In this document: positions 10,168 through 20,453 of the stretch, one piece after another
Numbering within the stretch: the first letter of the stretch is position 1
Layout of the letters: every line of letters starts with the position of its first letter
NCBI GenBank assembly: GCA_903916565.1
Contig: CAIWXH010000229.1
Span: 1 to 40,080 of the forward strand
Direction of reading: 5' to 3'
DNA: 40,080 nt
Origin: an uncultured Oscillochloris sp.
GTDB lineage: Bacteria; Chloroflexota; Chloroflexia; Chloroflexales; Chloroflexaceae
Made by a program: the position numbers and the translations under genes
The notes under the pieces: model-generated
What the model saw: the letters and a program-made list of their open reading frames with translations, nothing else
The model's database searches: none
What the model was told of the DNA's origin: nothing

Positions 10168-11520
10168 ATGCTCCAGGCTCTTGTTCGCGCCATTCAGTTG
10201 CCCGACCTGCGTCGGCGTGTCCTCTTTACGCTGGGGATGCTGCTGATCTTTCGCCTGATCGCGCACATCCCGGTGCCTAATATCAATCCCGCCTCGCTCG
10301 CGCAGTTGCAACAGGCGCTATCGACCAATCAGCTTGCTCAGCTCCTCAATATCTTCGCCGGAGGCGCGCTCCAGAATTTCTCGGTCGCCGCGATGGGCGT
10401 TTACCCGTACATCACGGCGTCGATTATCATGCAGTTGCTCCAGCCGCTGATCCCGGCACTTCAGGAGTTGCAGAAAGAGGGCGAGCAGGGCCGCGTCAGG
10501 CTGAACCGCTACCAGATGTGGCTGACCATCCCCCTGGCCTACCTCCAGGCGTATGGGCAGACCCTGACCCTTGAGCGTTCGGTCAACCCGACCGGGGTGC
10601 TGGCCTCGTCGCTGTTTCGCTCAAACTTCGACATCATTGGTAATTTTCTGCCGACCTTTACCATCCTGACGGCGATGGTGGCCGGGACGATGTTGTTGGT
10701 CTGGCTTGGTGAGCAGATCAACGAGCGTGGGATCGGCCAGGGCATCTCGGTGATCATCTTCGGCGGAATTGTCTCGCGCCTGCCTGGTCTGATCGTCCAG
10801 GGTTTCCAGATCAGCACAGCGGGTGATTTCGGGACGATCCTGGGCATCATCGGTTTCCTGGCGATTGCGTTGCTGACGATTGTCGGCATCGTGCTGATTC
10901 AGGAAGGGCAGCGCCGGATTCCCGTGCAGTATGCGAAGCGGGTGCGGGGCAACAAAGTCTATGGCGGGCAGAGCAGCCATGTTCCGCTGAAGGTGAACAT
11001 GGCGGGCATGATCCCGCTGATCTTCGCCCAGAGCATCATCATCTTCCCAGGGATTGTGGCCTCGTGGTTCTATCGCCCCGGCACCGAGGGGTTCGGCAAC
11101 GCCGTAGCTAGCTTCTTCTACAACACCTTCAACCCGACCGGCGCTGGCGGTGGTTGGCTCTATATGACCTTGCTCTTCCTGCTGACGGTGGGCTTCACGT
11201 ACTTCTACACCGTCGTGCTTTTCCAGCAGCAGGACATCCCAGATAACCTTCAGCGCAACGGCGGCTTCATCCCAGGCATTCGCCCTGGCAAGGCTACTGA
11301 GCAGTACCTGGGCCGTGTGCTGAACCGGATCACGTTGGCAGGGGCGTTGTTCCTGGGTCTGATCGCGGTGCTGCCGTTCCTAACCCAGACGATCACGGGT
11401 GTTCAGCTTGGGTTGGGCAGTACCGCCCTGCTGATTGTGGTGGGTGTGGCCGTCGATACCATGCGGCAACTCGAGTCGCAGTTGATTATGCGCGACTATG
11501 AGGGCTTTCTGAGCCGCTAG
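10168..11520 (+). CDS. secY: Preprotein translocase subunit SecY
   Basis: The track ORF starts at 10057 and overlaps rplO. The conserved SecY N-terminus (MLQALVRAIQLPDLRRRVLFTLGMLLIFRL) starts at the ATG at 10168. Multi-pass membrane protein. Confidence 0.95.
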   Translation: MLQALVRAIQLPDLRRRVLFTLGMLLIFRLIAHIPVPNINPASLAQLQQALSTNQLAQLLNIFAGGALQNFSVAAMGVYPYITASIIMQLLQPLIPALQELQKEGEQGRVRLNRYQMWLTIPLAYLQAYGQTLTLERSVNPTGVLASSLFRSNFDIIGNFLPTFTILTAMVAGTMLLVWLGEQINERGIGQGISVIIFGGIVSRLPGLIVQGFQISTAGDFGTILGIIGFLAIALLTIVGIVLIQEGQRRIPVQYAKRVRGNKVYGGQSSHVPLKVNMAGMIPLIFAQSIIIFPGIVASWFYRPGTEGFGNAVASFFYNTFNPTGAGGGWLYMTLLFLLTVGFTYFYTVVLFQQQDIPDNLQRNGGFIPGIRPGKATEQYLGRVLNRITLAGALFLGLIAVLPFLTQTITGVQLGLGSTALLIVVGVAVDTMRQLESQLIMRDYEGFLSR

Positions 11521-11543
11521 ACGCCCGTGTCTTGGCGGGAATG

Positions 11544-11552
11544 TGGTATTAT
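11544..11552 (+). promoter_or_regulatory. Candidate extended -10 promoter element (TGgTATTAT) in the secY-adk spacer
   Basis: TGTGGTATTAT lies about 140 nt upstream of the adk ATG and shares TGTGGTA..AT with 3651-3661. Motif evidence only. Confidence 0.3.
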
Positions 11553-11690
11553 CGGGGATGACACGCAGCATCATGTAGTGGGCTGTGTGTCGCCCAGCAT
11601 CAGATGGACACCCCTTCTGGGCCGCACACGAACAGCCTTGGGGCGCGCAAAGAGGCGCGCAACGTATAGCTGAGCGAAGAGAGCGCCGAC

Positions 11691-12371
11691 ATGACCACCA
11701 ACGTAATCTTGCTTGGCCCTCCCGGAGCAGGGAAGGGCACCCAAGCGAAGACCCTTGCCGAGCGAACTTTATTGACTCATGTGGCGAGCGGCGACCTCTT
11801 TCGGGCGGCGCTGCGCGAGGGTACGGAGCTTGGCATGCTCGCCAAGTCATACATGGATCGCGGTGAACTGGTGCCGGATGAGGTCGTGATCCGAATGATT
11901 CTAGAGCGGATCAAGGCCCCTGATTGCGAGCTGGGCGTGATCTTTGACGGCTTCCCGCGCACGCGGGAGCAGGCTGTGGCGCTTGGGGCCTCGATGGCTG
12001 CACATAACAGCAAGATTGACGGCGTGCTCTACCTGAGTGTGCCGAATGATGTGTTGCTGCGCCGGATCGCCGGGCGCCAAACCTGCAAAACTTGTGGGGC
12101 CACGTTCAACATCTACTACTTCCCGTCGCATAAACCGGGAATTTGTGATGCATGTGGCGGTAAGCTCTACCAGCGCAGTGATGACTCGATGGAAACGGCC
12201 CAACATCGCCTGGATGTCTACTTCGCTCAGACGATGCCGCTGATTGAGCATTACCAGCGGCAAGCCATTCTGTACGAGATTGATGGTCAGCGCGAGATTA
12301 CATGGGTGAATGAGGCGATGCTGCGGGCCTTGAGCCAGTTTATGGTGACATCAGCGCAGCCGAAGGAGTGA
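11691..12371 (+). CDS. adk: Adenylate kinase (C4 zinc lid)
   Basis: 226 aa, [15 protein letters not shown]...SGDLFRA; lid CKTCG...CDACGG; position after secY. Confidence 0.96.
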   Translation: MTTNVILLGPPGAGKGTQAKTLAERTLLTHVASGDLFRAALREGTELGMLAKSYMDRGELVPDEVVIRMILERIKAPDCELGVIFDGFPRTREQAVALGASMAAHNSKIDGVLYLSVPNDVLLRRIAGRQTCKTCGATFNIYYFPSHKPGICDACGGKLYQRSDDSMETAQHRLDVYFAQTMPLIEHYQRQAILYEIDGQREITWVNEAMLRALSQFMVTSAQPKE

Positions 12372-12372
12372 T

Positions 12373-12594
12373 ATGTCGAAAAAGAAGGATGTGATCGAGA
12401 TGGAGGGCACCATCACGGAACCATTGCCAAATGCGATGTTCCGGGTGGAGTTGGAGAATGGACACGAGGTGCTCGCCCACATCTCGGGCAAGATGCGTAT
12501 GAACTATATTCGTATTTTGAAGGGTGACCGGGTGTTGGTGGAACTCTCACCGTATGACTTAACCCGGGGCCGCATCACGTACCGCTACAAGTAG
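12373..12594 (+). CDS. infA: Translation initiation factor IF-1
   Basis: 73 aa, [50 protein letters not shown]. Confidence 0.97.
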   Translation: MSKKKDVIEMEGTITEPLPNAMFRVELENGHEVLAHISGKMRMNYIRILKGDRVLVELSPYDLTRGRITYRYK

Positions 12595-12672
12595 GCGGAT
12601 CTCTGTTCGTGACCGTTGTGCACTAGGCGGGTATAGATCGGCGGTCGGAAGTTCGCCGATAGGAGGACTGTT

Positions 12673-12789
12673 GTGAAAGTACGCGCTTCGGTCAAGCCCC
12701 GCTGCGAGTACTGCAAGGTGATTAAGCGCAAGGGTGTGATCCGCGTGATCTGCTCGCGCACGCCGAAGCACAAGCAGCGCCAGGGTTAG
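12673..12789 (+). CDS. rpmJ: 50S ribosomal protein L36 (38 aa; below the ORF-track size cutoff, found by hand)
   Basis: GTG start 7 nt after AGGAGGA. It translates to [38 protein letters not shown]. Canonical position between infA and rpsM. Confidence 0.93.
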   Translation: MKVRASVKPRCEYCKVIKRKGVIRVICSRTPKHKQRQG

Positions 12790-12879
12790 GGACGCAGGGG
12801 CAGCCGTCGGACAACGCAGCCGTGGGCTGTGCGGATGGGCTGCAGTAGAGCCGGTACGTATAGCAGGACGAGGATCTTC

Positions 12880-13263
12880 ATGGCACGTATCGCTGGGGTT
12901 GATATCCCCCGCAACAAAAAAATTGGGATCTCGATCACCTACATCTTCGGGATCGGGCACTCCAATGGCGCTGATATTCTGCGTAAGGCCAATGTGAACG
13001 CCGAGGCCCGCGTCCGTGACCTCACCGAGGAGGAGGTTGGGCGTATCCGCGAGGTGGTGGATCGCGAGTATCGGGTCGAGGGTGATCTGCGCCGCGAGGT
13101 GCAGTTGAACATTAAGCGGCTTATGGATATTGGCTGCTATCGGGGGTTGCGCCACCGTCGCGGCATGCCGGTACGCGGCCAGCGCACCCGCACGAATGCG
13201 CGCACCCGCCGTGGTCGCAAGGGCCAGGCGATTGGGATCAAGAAGAAGACGGCAAAGAAGTAA
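12880..13263 (+). CDS. rpsM: 30S ribosomal protein S13
   Basis: The conserved N-terminus [14 protein letters not shown] begins at the ATG at 12880 (the track ORF extends to 12829). Confidence 0.96.
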   Translation: MARIAGVDIPRNKKIGISITYIFGIGHSNGADILRKANVNAEARVRDLTEEEVGRIREVVDREYRVEGDLRREVQLNIKRLMDIGCYRGLRHRRGMPVRGQRTRTNARTRRGRKGQAIGIKKKTAKK

Positions 13264-13341
13264 CAGCCTCTACTGCTCTGTTACGCACAGGTGAGGGCCT
13301 GAACCGCCCGCCTGTGCTGACTGTGTGTTAAGGAGAATGGC

Positions 13342-13758
13342 ATGCCCCCGAAGGGACAGAAGGGTGGAGCGGCGGCGGCGAGGCAGCGCGGAAAGCGCCG
13401 TGAGCGCAAGAATGTGCCGCGTGGTCAGGCCCATGTGCTCAGCACCTTTAACAATACGATTGTGACAATCACTGACCCCCAGGGTGCGGTGGTCTGCTGG
13501 GCCAGCGCTGGACAGTCTGGCTTCAAGGGTTCGCGCAAGAGTACCCCGTACGCGGCCCAGGTGACGGCGGATACCGCCGCTCGCAAGGCGATGGAAAACG
13601 GGATGCGCTCGCTTGAGGTGTTTGTGAAGGGCCCTGGCTCCGGTCGCGAGGCCGCTGTTCGTTCGTTGCAGTCGGCGGGGCTGCAGGTGTCGTCGATTAC
13701 CGACGTGACCCCGATCCCCCACAATGGCTGCCGCCCACCCAAGCGCCGCCGCGTGTAG
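13342..13758 (+). CDS. rpsK: 30S ribosomal protein S11
   Basis: 138 aa, [43 protein letters not shown]...[13 protein letters not shown]. Confidence 0.97.
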   Translation: MPPKGQKGGAAAARQRGKRRERKNVPRGQAHVLSTFNNTIVTITDPQGAVVCWASAGQSGFKGSRKSTPYAAQVTADTAARKAMENGMRSLEVFVKGPGSGREAAVRSLQSAGLQVSSITDVTPIPHNGCRPPKRRRV

Positions 13759-13778
13759 GGGCGCAGGATCCTGCGCCC
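13759..13778. repeat. Perfect 20-nt palindrome GGGCGCAGGATCCTGCGCCC abutting the rpsK stop codon
   Basis: Self-complementary. Same GGCGCAG...CTGCGCC arms as 3192-3209 but with a GATC core. Confidence 0.8.
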
Positions 13779-13948
13779 TTGCACATGCGCCGGGTATCGG
13801 TATCGGTCTGTGACAACTTGACGGTGAGACGACCGTGGATGGTTCCGCAGGGCACAGCTCCCTGGCGCCCCCTACGGTGGAGACGCCCCGACTGGGCGTC
13901 GAGCGCCCGTCTCGTCGTACGAAAGATGAAGAGAGGACTCCCCACGAT

Positions 13949-14569
13949 ATGGCGCGTTTTCATGGTCCTGTCGGCAAAGTAAGCCGACGCCTCGGTATCG
14001 GTATCACTGAGAAGGGTACCCGCATTCTCCAGAAGCGGCCCTTTCCCCCTGGTCAGCACGGCCCCACTGCGCGCCGTCGCCAGGTCTCTGACTATGGGCT
14101 GCAACTGCTTGAGAAGCAGAAGGTGAAGTATATCTATGGTGTGCTGGAGCGTCAGTTCCGCCGCACCTTCGAGCAGGCCTCACGCCGTAGTGGTGTGACG
14201 GGTGAGTATCTGCTCAGCTTGCTCGAGCGCCGCCTTGACAATGTGGTGTATCGGCTGGGCCTTGCGACGACGCGCTCTCAGGCCCGCCAGTTGGTCACCC
14301 ACGGCCACATTGTGGTTGATGGTCGCAAGACCAATATCCCCTCGTATACCGTGAAGGTGGGCCAAGTGATTGCGGTGCGTCCCGAGAGTCGCCGTCGCGC
14401 CTACTTCAAGAATTTGGTCGATAGCGGCGAACTCAATAAGTATCGGGCGCCCGACTGGCTGCGCCTAACCCCCGCCGAGATCTCTGGCTCGATTGTGTCG
14501 TTGCCACGACGCGAGGACGCCGAGGCTGGCATTAACGAGCAGCTGATCGTCGAGTTCTACAGCCGCTAG
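13949..14569 (+). CDS. rpsD: 30S ribosomal protein S4
   Basis: The conserved N-terminus [16 protein letters not shown] begins at the ATG at 13949 (the track ORF extends to 13835); ...[34 protein letters not shown]. Confidence 0.95.
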   Translation: MARFHGPVGKVSRRLGIGITEKGTRILQKRPFPPGQHGPTARRRQVSDYGLQLLEKQKVKYIYGVLERQFRRTFEQASRRSGVTGEYLLSLLERRLDNVVYRLGLATTRSQARQLVTHGHIVVDGRKTNIPSYTVKVGQVIAVRPESRRRAYFKNLVDSGELNKYRAPDWLRLTPAEISGSIVSLPRREDAEAGINEQLIVEFYSR

Positions 14570-14679
14570 GATTTCTCTCAGATAACGGCGTGTGGGGGTG
14601 TGGGCTGTTGACCAGGCTGACGCCGGTTCGGCCCGCCCCCCCGGCTGTTGTCTGCGACCGATAGCTAAGGAGGCGTGAC

Positions 14680-15633
14680 GTGCTTGACATCGCCATGCCC
14701 AAGATCGAGGTTGTGCAGGCCGCAGAGAAGTTCGGGCGTTTCAAGATTGAACCTCTTGACCCCGGCTATGGGCACACCCTGGGCAATGCGCTCCGGCGGG
14801 TGTTGCTTTCGTCGATCCCTGGGGCGGCGATCACTAGGGTGAAGATCGATGGCGCGTTTCATGAGTTTGCCACGATTGAGGGTGTACGCGAAGACGTTAC
14901 CGAGATTGTGCTGAATATCAAGGGTATCCGCGTGCGGTCGTCGTCTGAGCACCCCGTCAAGGTGCGGCTGACCCGGCGCGGGCCCGGACGGGTCACGGCG
15001 CGCGATATTGAGCTGTCGGGCAGTGTTGAGTTGGTTAATCCAGAACACCACATCTGCACGCTCGACAACGACACGGCCCGCATCGAGATCGAATTGACGA
15101 TTGAGCGGGGGCTTGGCTATCTCTCGGCTGACCAGCGTGACCTGCTGCCGATTGGCGAGATCCCGGTTGATGCGATCTTCACGCCGGTGCCACGGGTGAA
15201 CTATGTGGTTGAGAATACCCGCATCGGCCAGGCTACCGACTTCGACCGTCTGCTGCTCGAGGTCTGGACGGACGGGACGGTGAAGCCCGGTGATGCGCTG
15301 AGCTATGCGGCGCAGGTGCTGGTGCAGTATAGCCAGACCGTTGCCGACTTCAACCGGCTGGCGGTCGAGCCAGATGAGCAGCCGGTGCCGAGTGGGCTGA
15401 GCATTCCCGCCGAGGTCTACGATACGCCAATCGAGGATCTTGACCTCTCGACGCGCACATATAACTGTCTCAAGCGGGCTGATATTACCAGGGTCGGCCA
15501 GGTGTTGCAGTTGGACGAAAAGGCGCTGCTCTCGGTGCGGAACTTAGGGCAGAAGTCCATGGAAGAAATCCGCGACCGGCTGATCGAGCGTGGGTATATC
15601 CCACGCACGACGGCCACACTGAGCGGTGAGTAG
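14680..15633 (+). CDS. rpoA: DNA-directed RNA polymerase subunit alpha
   Basis: 317 aa, GTG start after AAGGAGG, FKIEPLDPGYGHTLGNALRRVLLSSIPGAA...; C-terminal DLDLSTRTYNCLKRADI. Confidence 0.97.
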   Translation: MLDIAMPKIEVVQAAEKFGRFKIEPLDPGYGHTLGNALRRVLLSSIPGAAITRVKIDGAFHEFATIEGVREDVTEIVLNIKGIRVRSSSEHPVKVRLTRRGPGRVTARDIELSGSVELVNPEHHICTLDNDTARIEIELTIERGLGYLSADQRDLLPIGEIPVDAIFTPVPRVNYVVENTRIGQATDFDRLLLEVWTDGTVKPGDALSYAAQVLVQYSQTVADFNRLAVEPDEQPVPSGLSIPAEVYDTPIEDLDLSTRTYNCLKRADITRVGQVLQLDEKALLSVRNLGQKSMEEIRDRLIERGYIPRTTATLSGE

Positions 15634-15728
15634 CAAACGCTGAATCTGGCGATTGGATACGGGACGAGCGAGGGGGTAGGTACGGTGGTCGTAAACCGCC
15701 CCCTGGTTCGCCATAAAGGGATACGAGG

Positions 15729-16079
15729 ATGCGACACCGACACGCTGGTAAGCTCTTGGGCCGCTCGTATGAGCACCGCAAGGCCCTCTACCGCAACCTG
15801 ATGATCGCGCTGATCGAGCACCGCAAGATCACGACGACCATCGCAAAGGCCAAGGCTGTGCAGCCTGAGATCGAGCGGCTGATCACCATCGCCCGCGAGG
15901 ACACGCCCCACACACGGCGCATCGCGCTGTCGAAGCTGGACAGCAAGGACGCGATGCGGAAGCTGTTCACCTTTGCGCCCCAGGATTACGGTAGCCGCAA
16001 TGGCGGCTACACCCGCATTACGAAGCTCGGCCCGCGCCTCGGCGACGGTGCCCAGATGGCGCAGATAGAGTTGGTCTGA
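15729..16079 (+). CDS. rplQ: 50S ribosomal protein L17
   Basis: 116 aa, [31 protein letters not shown]. Confidence 0.96.
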   Translation: MRHRHAGKLLGRSYEHRKALYRNLMIALIEHRKITTTIAKAKAVQPEIERLITIAREDTPHTRRIALSKLDSKDAMRKLFTFAPQDYGSRNGGYTRITKLGPRLGDGAQMAQIELV

Positions 16080-16861
16080 TGCGGAATGTCGCCCTGCGCG
16101 TGGCCTACGACGGCACTGACTTTGTTGGCTCACAACTGCAAAGCCAGGGCCGCACGGTGCAGGGTGCTATTGAGCAGGCATGGGAGGGACTGACCCAGGA
16201 GCGGCGACGCTTCACGTTGGCCGGTCGCACCGATGCTGGCGTGCATGCCCAGGGCCAGGTCGTCAATGTGCGCGGCGAGACGCGGCACACGCCGGATACA
16301 ATCGCCCGTGCGATGAACGCGCTGCTGCCAGATGATGTGCGGGTGCTGGCAGCACGGGAGGTTGGGCCGGACTTCCACGCACGGTATAGTGCGCTACGGC
16401 GCGACTACCGCTATCTGATCGACCTGGAGCCAACGCCCCTGCCGACCCTTCGCCACATCGCGCTTCACGTCGCGGGTCGCATTGACACGACGGCGATGGC
16501 CGAGGCGCTGCCCCAACTGGAAGGGACTCACGACTTCGCCGCGTTCACGGTGCAGTCGCCAGACCAGAAGAGTACGGTGCGTACGGTCTACGTGGCACGG
16601 CTCGTCGAGACAGAACTGCTTGGGCGACGGCTGATCGCAATTGACCTAGCGGCAAACGCCTTTCTTCAGCACATGGTTCGGGTGATTGTCGGAACCGTGC
16701 TGCTGGTAGGGCGAGGACGGATGACGGGGACGGAGTTCCGGCAGGTGCTGGAGCGCCACGACCGTAAAGCGGCGGGGCCGACCGCCGTGGCCCACGGGCT
16801 GACCCTGATGTCGGTGCGCTACCCGCCTGAGCTTGTGTGTTGGGACGACGAGCGGGCGTGA
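16079..16861 (+). CDS. truA: tRNA pseudouridine(38-40) synthase TruA
   Basis: 260 aa, [14 protein letters not shown]...[15 protein letters not shown]...FLQHMVR; the ATG overlaps the rplQ TGA. Confidence 0.92.
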   Translation: MRNVALRVAYDGTDFVGSQLQSQGRTVQGAIEQAWEGLTQERRRFTLAGRTDAGVHAQGQVVNVRGETRHTPDTIARAMNALLPDDVRVLAAREVGPDFHARYSALRRDYRYLIDLEPTPLPTLRHIALHVAGRIDTTAMAEALPQLEGTHDFAAFTVQSPDQKSTVRTVYVARLVETELLGRRLIAIDLAANAFLQHMVRVIVGTVLLVGRGRMTGTEFRQVLERHDRKAAGPTAVAHGLTLMSVRYPPELVCWDDERA

Positions 16862-16890
16862 GGATACAAACGGAACGTAAGGAAACTGCT

Positions 16891-17340
16891 GTGAAGACGT
16901 ATCATCAGAAAGCTTCTGAGATTCAGCGCGACTGGTATGTGGTTGATGCGACGGACGAGGCGCTCGGGCGCTTAGCCACGCAGATCGCCACACTGCTGCG
17001 CGGCAAGCACAAGCCCACCTACACCCCCTCGAACGATGGCGGCGATTTCGTGGTTGTGGTCAACTGCGAGAAGATCCGCATCCTGGGGAAGAAGGCCGAC
17101 CAGAAGGTCTACTACCGCCATAGTGGCTATCCGGGCGGCATCATCGAGGTGCCCTACCGCATGCAGATGGCTAAGCACCCCGACCGCATTCTGCGGATCG
17201 CGGTAAAGGGGATGCTGCCCAAGACCCGCATGGGTCGCCGCCTGATCGCCAAGCTGCGGGTCTACGCTGGCCCTGCCCACCCGCACGCTGCCCAGCAGCC
17301 GAAGGTCTGGAAGCCGCGCTACCCGACGGTCACGCAGTAG
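16891..17340 (+). CDS. rplM: 50S ribosomal protein L13
   Basis: The GTG at 16891 gives MKTYHQKASEIQRDWYVVDATDEALGRLATQIATLLRGKHKPTYTP. The track ORF's longer start at 16837 overlaps truA. Confidence 0.94.
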   Translation: MKTYHQKASEIQRDWYVVDATDEALGRLATQIATLLRGKHKPTYTPSNDGGDFVVVVNCEKIRILGKKADQKVYYRHSGYPGGIIEVPYRMQMAKHPDRILRIAVKGMLPKTRMGRRLIAKLRVYAGPAHPHAAQQPKVWKPRYPTVTQ

Positions 17341-17405
17341 GCAGCGGTTAGGCGTCGAGGGATTAGACCCGGCGCGTGGCCCTGCTACCAAGGAGCTTAA
17401 AGCGA

Positions 17406-17804
17406 ATGGATGCGAAACGCTATTACCAGGGCACTGGTCGTCGCAAGACGGCGGTGGCCCGTGTGCGTCTCTTCCCCGGCAATGGGGAGTTTGTGGTGAA
17501 TGGCAAGAAGCCGGAGGATTACTTCGGCCCCCGCGACCTGCTGCAGCGCGAGATTCGCCACCCGTTGCAGATTACCAGCAATCTCAGCAGCTTCAATGTG
17601 CTGGTCAAGGTGCAGGGCGGCGGCGTGCATAGCCAGGCCGGGGCCGTGCGCCACGGTGTGGCACGTGCGCTGCTTGACCTTGACCCCGACCTGCGGGCCG
17701 TGATGAAGAAGGTGGGCCTGCTCACCCGCGACCCTCGTATGAAAGAGCGCAAGAAGCCCGGCCTCAAGCGCGCCCGTAAGGCACCGCAGTACACCAAGCG
17801 CTAA
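17406..17804 (+). CDS. rpsI: 30S ribosomal protein S9
   Basis: The ATG at 17406 follows AAGGAG; YYQGTGRRKTAVARVRL...RDPRMKERKKPGLKRARKAPQYTKR. Confidence 0.95.
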   Translation: MDAKRYYQGTGRRKTAVARVRLFPGNGEFVVNGKKPEDYFGPRDLLQREIRHPLQITSNLSSFNVLVKVQGGGVHSQAGAVRHGVARALLDLDPDLRAVMKKVGLLTRDPRMKERKKPGLKRARKAPQYTKR

Positions 17805-17848
17805 ACGTAGCGAGTCGCTGCGCTGGACGCTTGCCACCTCGGCCTTTG

Positions 17849-17885
17849 CCCCCTTCCCGTTAGCGGGGAGGGGGTGGTTGTTTCC
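17849..17885 (+). terminator. Intrinsic terminator after rplM-rpsI
   Basis: CCCCCTTCCCG (17849-17859) pairs with CGGGGAGGGGG (17864-17874): an 11-bp stem with one G-U pair. It is followed by TGGTTGTTTCC. Confidence 0.6.
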
Positions 17886-17928
17886 GCCGAGCGGCGTAGG
17901 TGCGCCCCGGAAGGGGTTATGCGTTTTA

Positions 17929-17937
17929 TGCTACAAT
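17929..17937 (+). promoter_or_regulatory. Candidate extended -10 promoter (TGcTACAAT) for rsmD-coaD
   Basis: It lies in an AT-rich patch 23 nt upstream of the rsmD ATG and downstream of the terminator. Confidence 0.4.
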
Positions 17938-17959
17938 AAAAAACGTTTTAGGGGGTGCT

Positions 17960-18580
17960 ATGCGCGTAATCACCGGGCGGGCTAAGGGGCATAAACTGAA
18001 GGCACCGGAGGGCCTTGGTACGCGACCAATGCTCGACCGGGTCAAAGTCTCGCTCTTCTCGGTATTGGAGGGTTACGGGCGCTTTCATGGGCGCGTACTT
18101 GACCTCTACGCTGGCACTGGCTCACTGGGGATCGAGTTCCTGTCACGCGGGGCCAGCAAGGCTGATTTCGTCGAGCAAAGTGCCCACGTCTGTGGAATTA
18201 TCCGCGATAACCTGCGGCACACTAAACTCGATGCCCAGGCCCAGGTGCATACACTGCCCGTCGAGCGTTTTTTACGTAGTCACAGGGGTGGCGGTCACTT
18301 TGACTATATAATGATGGATCCGCCCTACGCTGATCCGGCGATTGAGCAGATGATCAACTTGGTGGTCGAGATGGGTATGGGCCACGTGGGGAGCTTGCTG
18401 ATCGTCGGACACTCGCCCCGCGTACCCCTGGCCGACACCTACCCGAGCCTCACGCGCATAAAATTCCGCCACATCGGCGACTCGTGTTTTTCGATCTACG
18501 TGTGGGGTGAGCGTGTCGCCCCGCCCACCGTTGAGGGTGACGTGGACGTGTTGGACAGGGCCGAGGAGAAGTCGCTGTGA
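17960..18580 (+). CDS. rsmD: 16S rRNA (guanine966-N2)-methyltransferase RsmD
   Basis: [34 protein letters not shown]...[19 protein letters not shown]...MDPPY. Start chosen at the internal ATG at 17960. Confidence 0.88.
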   Translation: MRVITGRAKGHKLKAPEGLGTRPMLDRVKVSLFSVLEGYGRFHGRVLDLYAGTGSLGIEFLSRGASKADFVEQSAHVCGIIRDNLRHTKLDAQAQVHTLPVERFLRSHRGGGHFDYIMMDPPYADPAIEQMINLVVEMGMGHVGSLLIVGHSPRVPLADTYPSLTRIKFRHIGDSCFSIYVWGERVAPPTVEGDVDVLDRAEEKSL

Positions 18581-19071
18581 CTGCAGTCCGCATCGCCGTC
18601 TACCCTGGCAGCTTTGATCCTGTCACTTACGCGCATCTCGATATCGCTGCGCGGGCCTGTCAGGTGTTCGACCGTGTGATCATCGGCGTTTTCGACCGGC
18701 CCAAAAAGAACCTGCTCTTCACGACCGACGAGCGCATGGCGCTGTTGCGTGAGGCGATTGCCGATTTGCCACAGGTTGAGGCGGTGACCTACAATGGGCT
18801 AACCGTGGACTTCGCCCGTTCGGTTGGGGCGGTGGCGATGGTGCGGGGGCTGCGGACGGTGAGCGATTTCGAGGTCGAGTACAATATGGCGCAACTCAAT
18901 CAGACCCTTGATGCTGAGGTTGAGGTGGTGGTGCTGATGGCGAGCCGACGCTATGCCCACATCAGCTCGAGCGCGGTGCGCGAGATCGCGGGCCTGGGGC
19001 GCGACCCGGTGGAGTTCGTGCCGTCGCACATTGTCGCGGCGCTGCGGCAGAAGTTCGCGCAAAGGGGGTGA
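18577..19071 (+). CDS. coaD: Phosphopantetheine adenylyltransferase
   Basis: 164 aa, [22 protein letters not shown]...; 4-nt overlap with rsmD. Confidence 0.94.
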   Translation: MTAVRIAVYPGSFDPVTYAHLDIAARACQVFDRVIIGVFDRPKKNLLFTTDERMALLREAIADLPQVEAVTYNGLTVDFARSVGAVAMVRGLRTVSDFEVEYNMAQLNQTLDAEVEVVVLMASRRYAHISSSAVREIAGLGRDPVEFVPSHIVAALRQKFAQRG

Positions 19072-19511
19072 CGGCCATCGAGCTGGACGACTTGATCGAT
19101 GAGTTAGAGGACGCACTCGCCGAGGGTCGGCGGGTGCCGTTCAGCGGTCGCCTGCTTGTCGCTGAGGAGCGCATCCTCGACATCATTGATCGCATGCGCG
19201 TTGCGATTCCTGAGGAGCAGAAGCGCGCACGCCGCATCGTCCAGGAGCAAGAGCGCCTTATTGCCGAGGCCCAAGCGCGGGTGCAGCAGGTTCTCGATGA
19301 GAAGGGGCTCCTCGATGCGGTGGAGGGCGAGCGCACCAGGCTTTTGCAACGCGCCGAGTATGAGGCGACGCAGGTGCGGGCGGGCGCCGATGAGTACGCC
19401 CGTCAAGTCCTTGAGGAGCTTGACGAGCGGCTGACGAAGCTGGTTACCAGCGTGCGGAATGGACTCGGCACCCTTGGCACCCAGCCTGATGAGCAGAGCA
19501 AGCCAACCTGA
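19068..19511 (+). CDS. Hypothetical coiled-coil protein (147 aa, charged/helical), translationally coupled to coaD
   Basis: GTGA overlap with the coaD stop. Heptad-like E/R/L/A-rich sequence ([31 protein letters not shown]...). I recognise no named family with confidence. Confidence 0.6.
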   Translation: MTAIELDDLIDELEDALAEGRRVPFSGRLLVAEERILDIIDRMRVAIPEEQKRARRIVQEQERLIAEAQARVQQVLDEKGLLDAVEGERTRLLQRAEYEATQVRAGADEYARQVLEELDERLTKLVTSVRNGLGTLGTQPDEQSKPT

Positions 19512-19541
19512 GGCGCCGTTGGTCACTGGTCATGGCGAAGC

Positions 19542-19571
19542 TTGACAAGCGCCGGTCGTCTCGCCTATAAT
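19542..19571 (+). promoter_or_regulatory. Consensus sigma70-type promoter for yceD-rpmF(-fab)
   Basis: TTGACA (19542-19547), 18-nt spacer, TATAAT (19566-19571), 44 nt upstream of the yceD ATG. Confidence 0.65.
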
Positions 19572-19615
19572 GCGGCGTTTGTAGCATCAGGCCGCAGCGC
19601 CGCCGCACGTAAACA

Positions 19616-20167
19616 ATGACAGACCTGAAGTTTAACGTCGCACAGTTGCTTCGCGCAGAGATGGGCACGCGCAGGGACTACACCTTCACTGAGGGGACGT
19701 TGGCCCTGGACGAGACCCTGACGCTGCGCGACTTTAAGGGGAGCGTGCGCTTCACTCGCACTGCCACTGGGGTGTGGGCGAAGGTTAAGGCTCGTGGAAC
19801 GGTTCGGCTGATCTGCGTGCGCTCGCTGGAGGAGTTTGACTACCCAGTGAGTGTTGAGTTCGCCGACCAGTTTCACTCGGTGGTCGATGTGTTCAGCGGT
19901 GGCACGCTGGAGCAGCCGATTGAGGATGATCCGTTCTTCCTCACTGAGTTGCACATGGCTGATGTCGGCGAGGCGCTGCGCGAGTATACGCTCCTTGAGT
20001 TGCCCCTTAATCCGGTCAGCCCGGCCTATCGGAACCAGCCGGTGAGTTACACGGTTCAGTCGGATGGGATCGAGGACGATGAGGAGCCGAGCGACCAGGG
20101 TGAGGCAGCAATCGATGCCCTGAAGGCCTGGGCTGAGCGACATAATCGACGAAACGGTAGGAGTTGA
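19616..20167 (+). CDS. yceD: YceD/DUF177 family protein (large-subunit rRNA accumulation protein)
   Basis: 183 aa, acidic. The motif DPFFLTELHMADVGEALREYTLLELPLNPV and the position immediately upstream of rpmF are typical of YceD/YlbN. Confidence 0.85.
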   Translation: MTDLKFNVAQLLRAEMGTRRDYTFTEGTLALDETLTLRDFKGSVRFTRTATGVWAKVKARGTVRLICVRSLEEFDYPVSVEFADQFHSVVDVFSGGTLEQPIEDDPFFLTELHMADVGEALREYTLLELPLNPVSPAYRNQPVSYTVQSDGIEDDEEPSDQGEAAIDALKAWAERHNRRNGRS

Positions 20168-20173
20168 CGACCT

Positions 20174-20365
20174 ATGGGTGCATTACCGAAACGAAAAGTC
20201 TCGCGCCATCGCCGTGGCAATCGCCGCCAGCACTTGGCGATCACGGCCCCAACACTGGTGACCTGCCCGCGCTGCAGTAAGCCGATGCGCGCCCACTACG
20301 CCTGCAAGGCTTGCGGCACCTATAAGGGCCGCCAGGTGATCAAGGTACCCCCGGCGGCAGAGTAG
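20174..20365 (+). CDS. rpmF: 50S ribosomal protein L32 (C4 zinc form)
   Basis: 63 aa, GALPKRKVSRHRRGNRRQH...CPRCSKPMRAHYACKACGTY. Confidence 0.95.
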   Translation: MGALPKRKVSRHRRGNRRQHLAITAPTLVTCPRCSKPMRAHYACKACGTYKGRQVIKVPPAAE

Positions 20366-20392
20366 CGCCACAAACGCGGTTTAAGAATCTGA

Positions 20393-20431
20393 AGGGGGCG
20401 CTCGGCCGAGCTACTTGGACCGGCGCCCCCT
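20393..20431 (+). terminator. Stem-loop between rpmF and fabH (possible attenuator or terminator)
   Basis: AGGGGGCGC (20393-20401) pairs with GCGCCCCCT (20423-20431). No clear T-tract follows. Confidence 0.3.
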
Positions 20432-20453
20432 CTGCGCTATGTAGGAGGCGCGT

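Noticed and set aside
11585-11866. 93-aa plus-strand ORF overlapping the adk start.
   Set aside because: It is out of frame with a clear adk gene and has an Arg/His-rich junk product.
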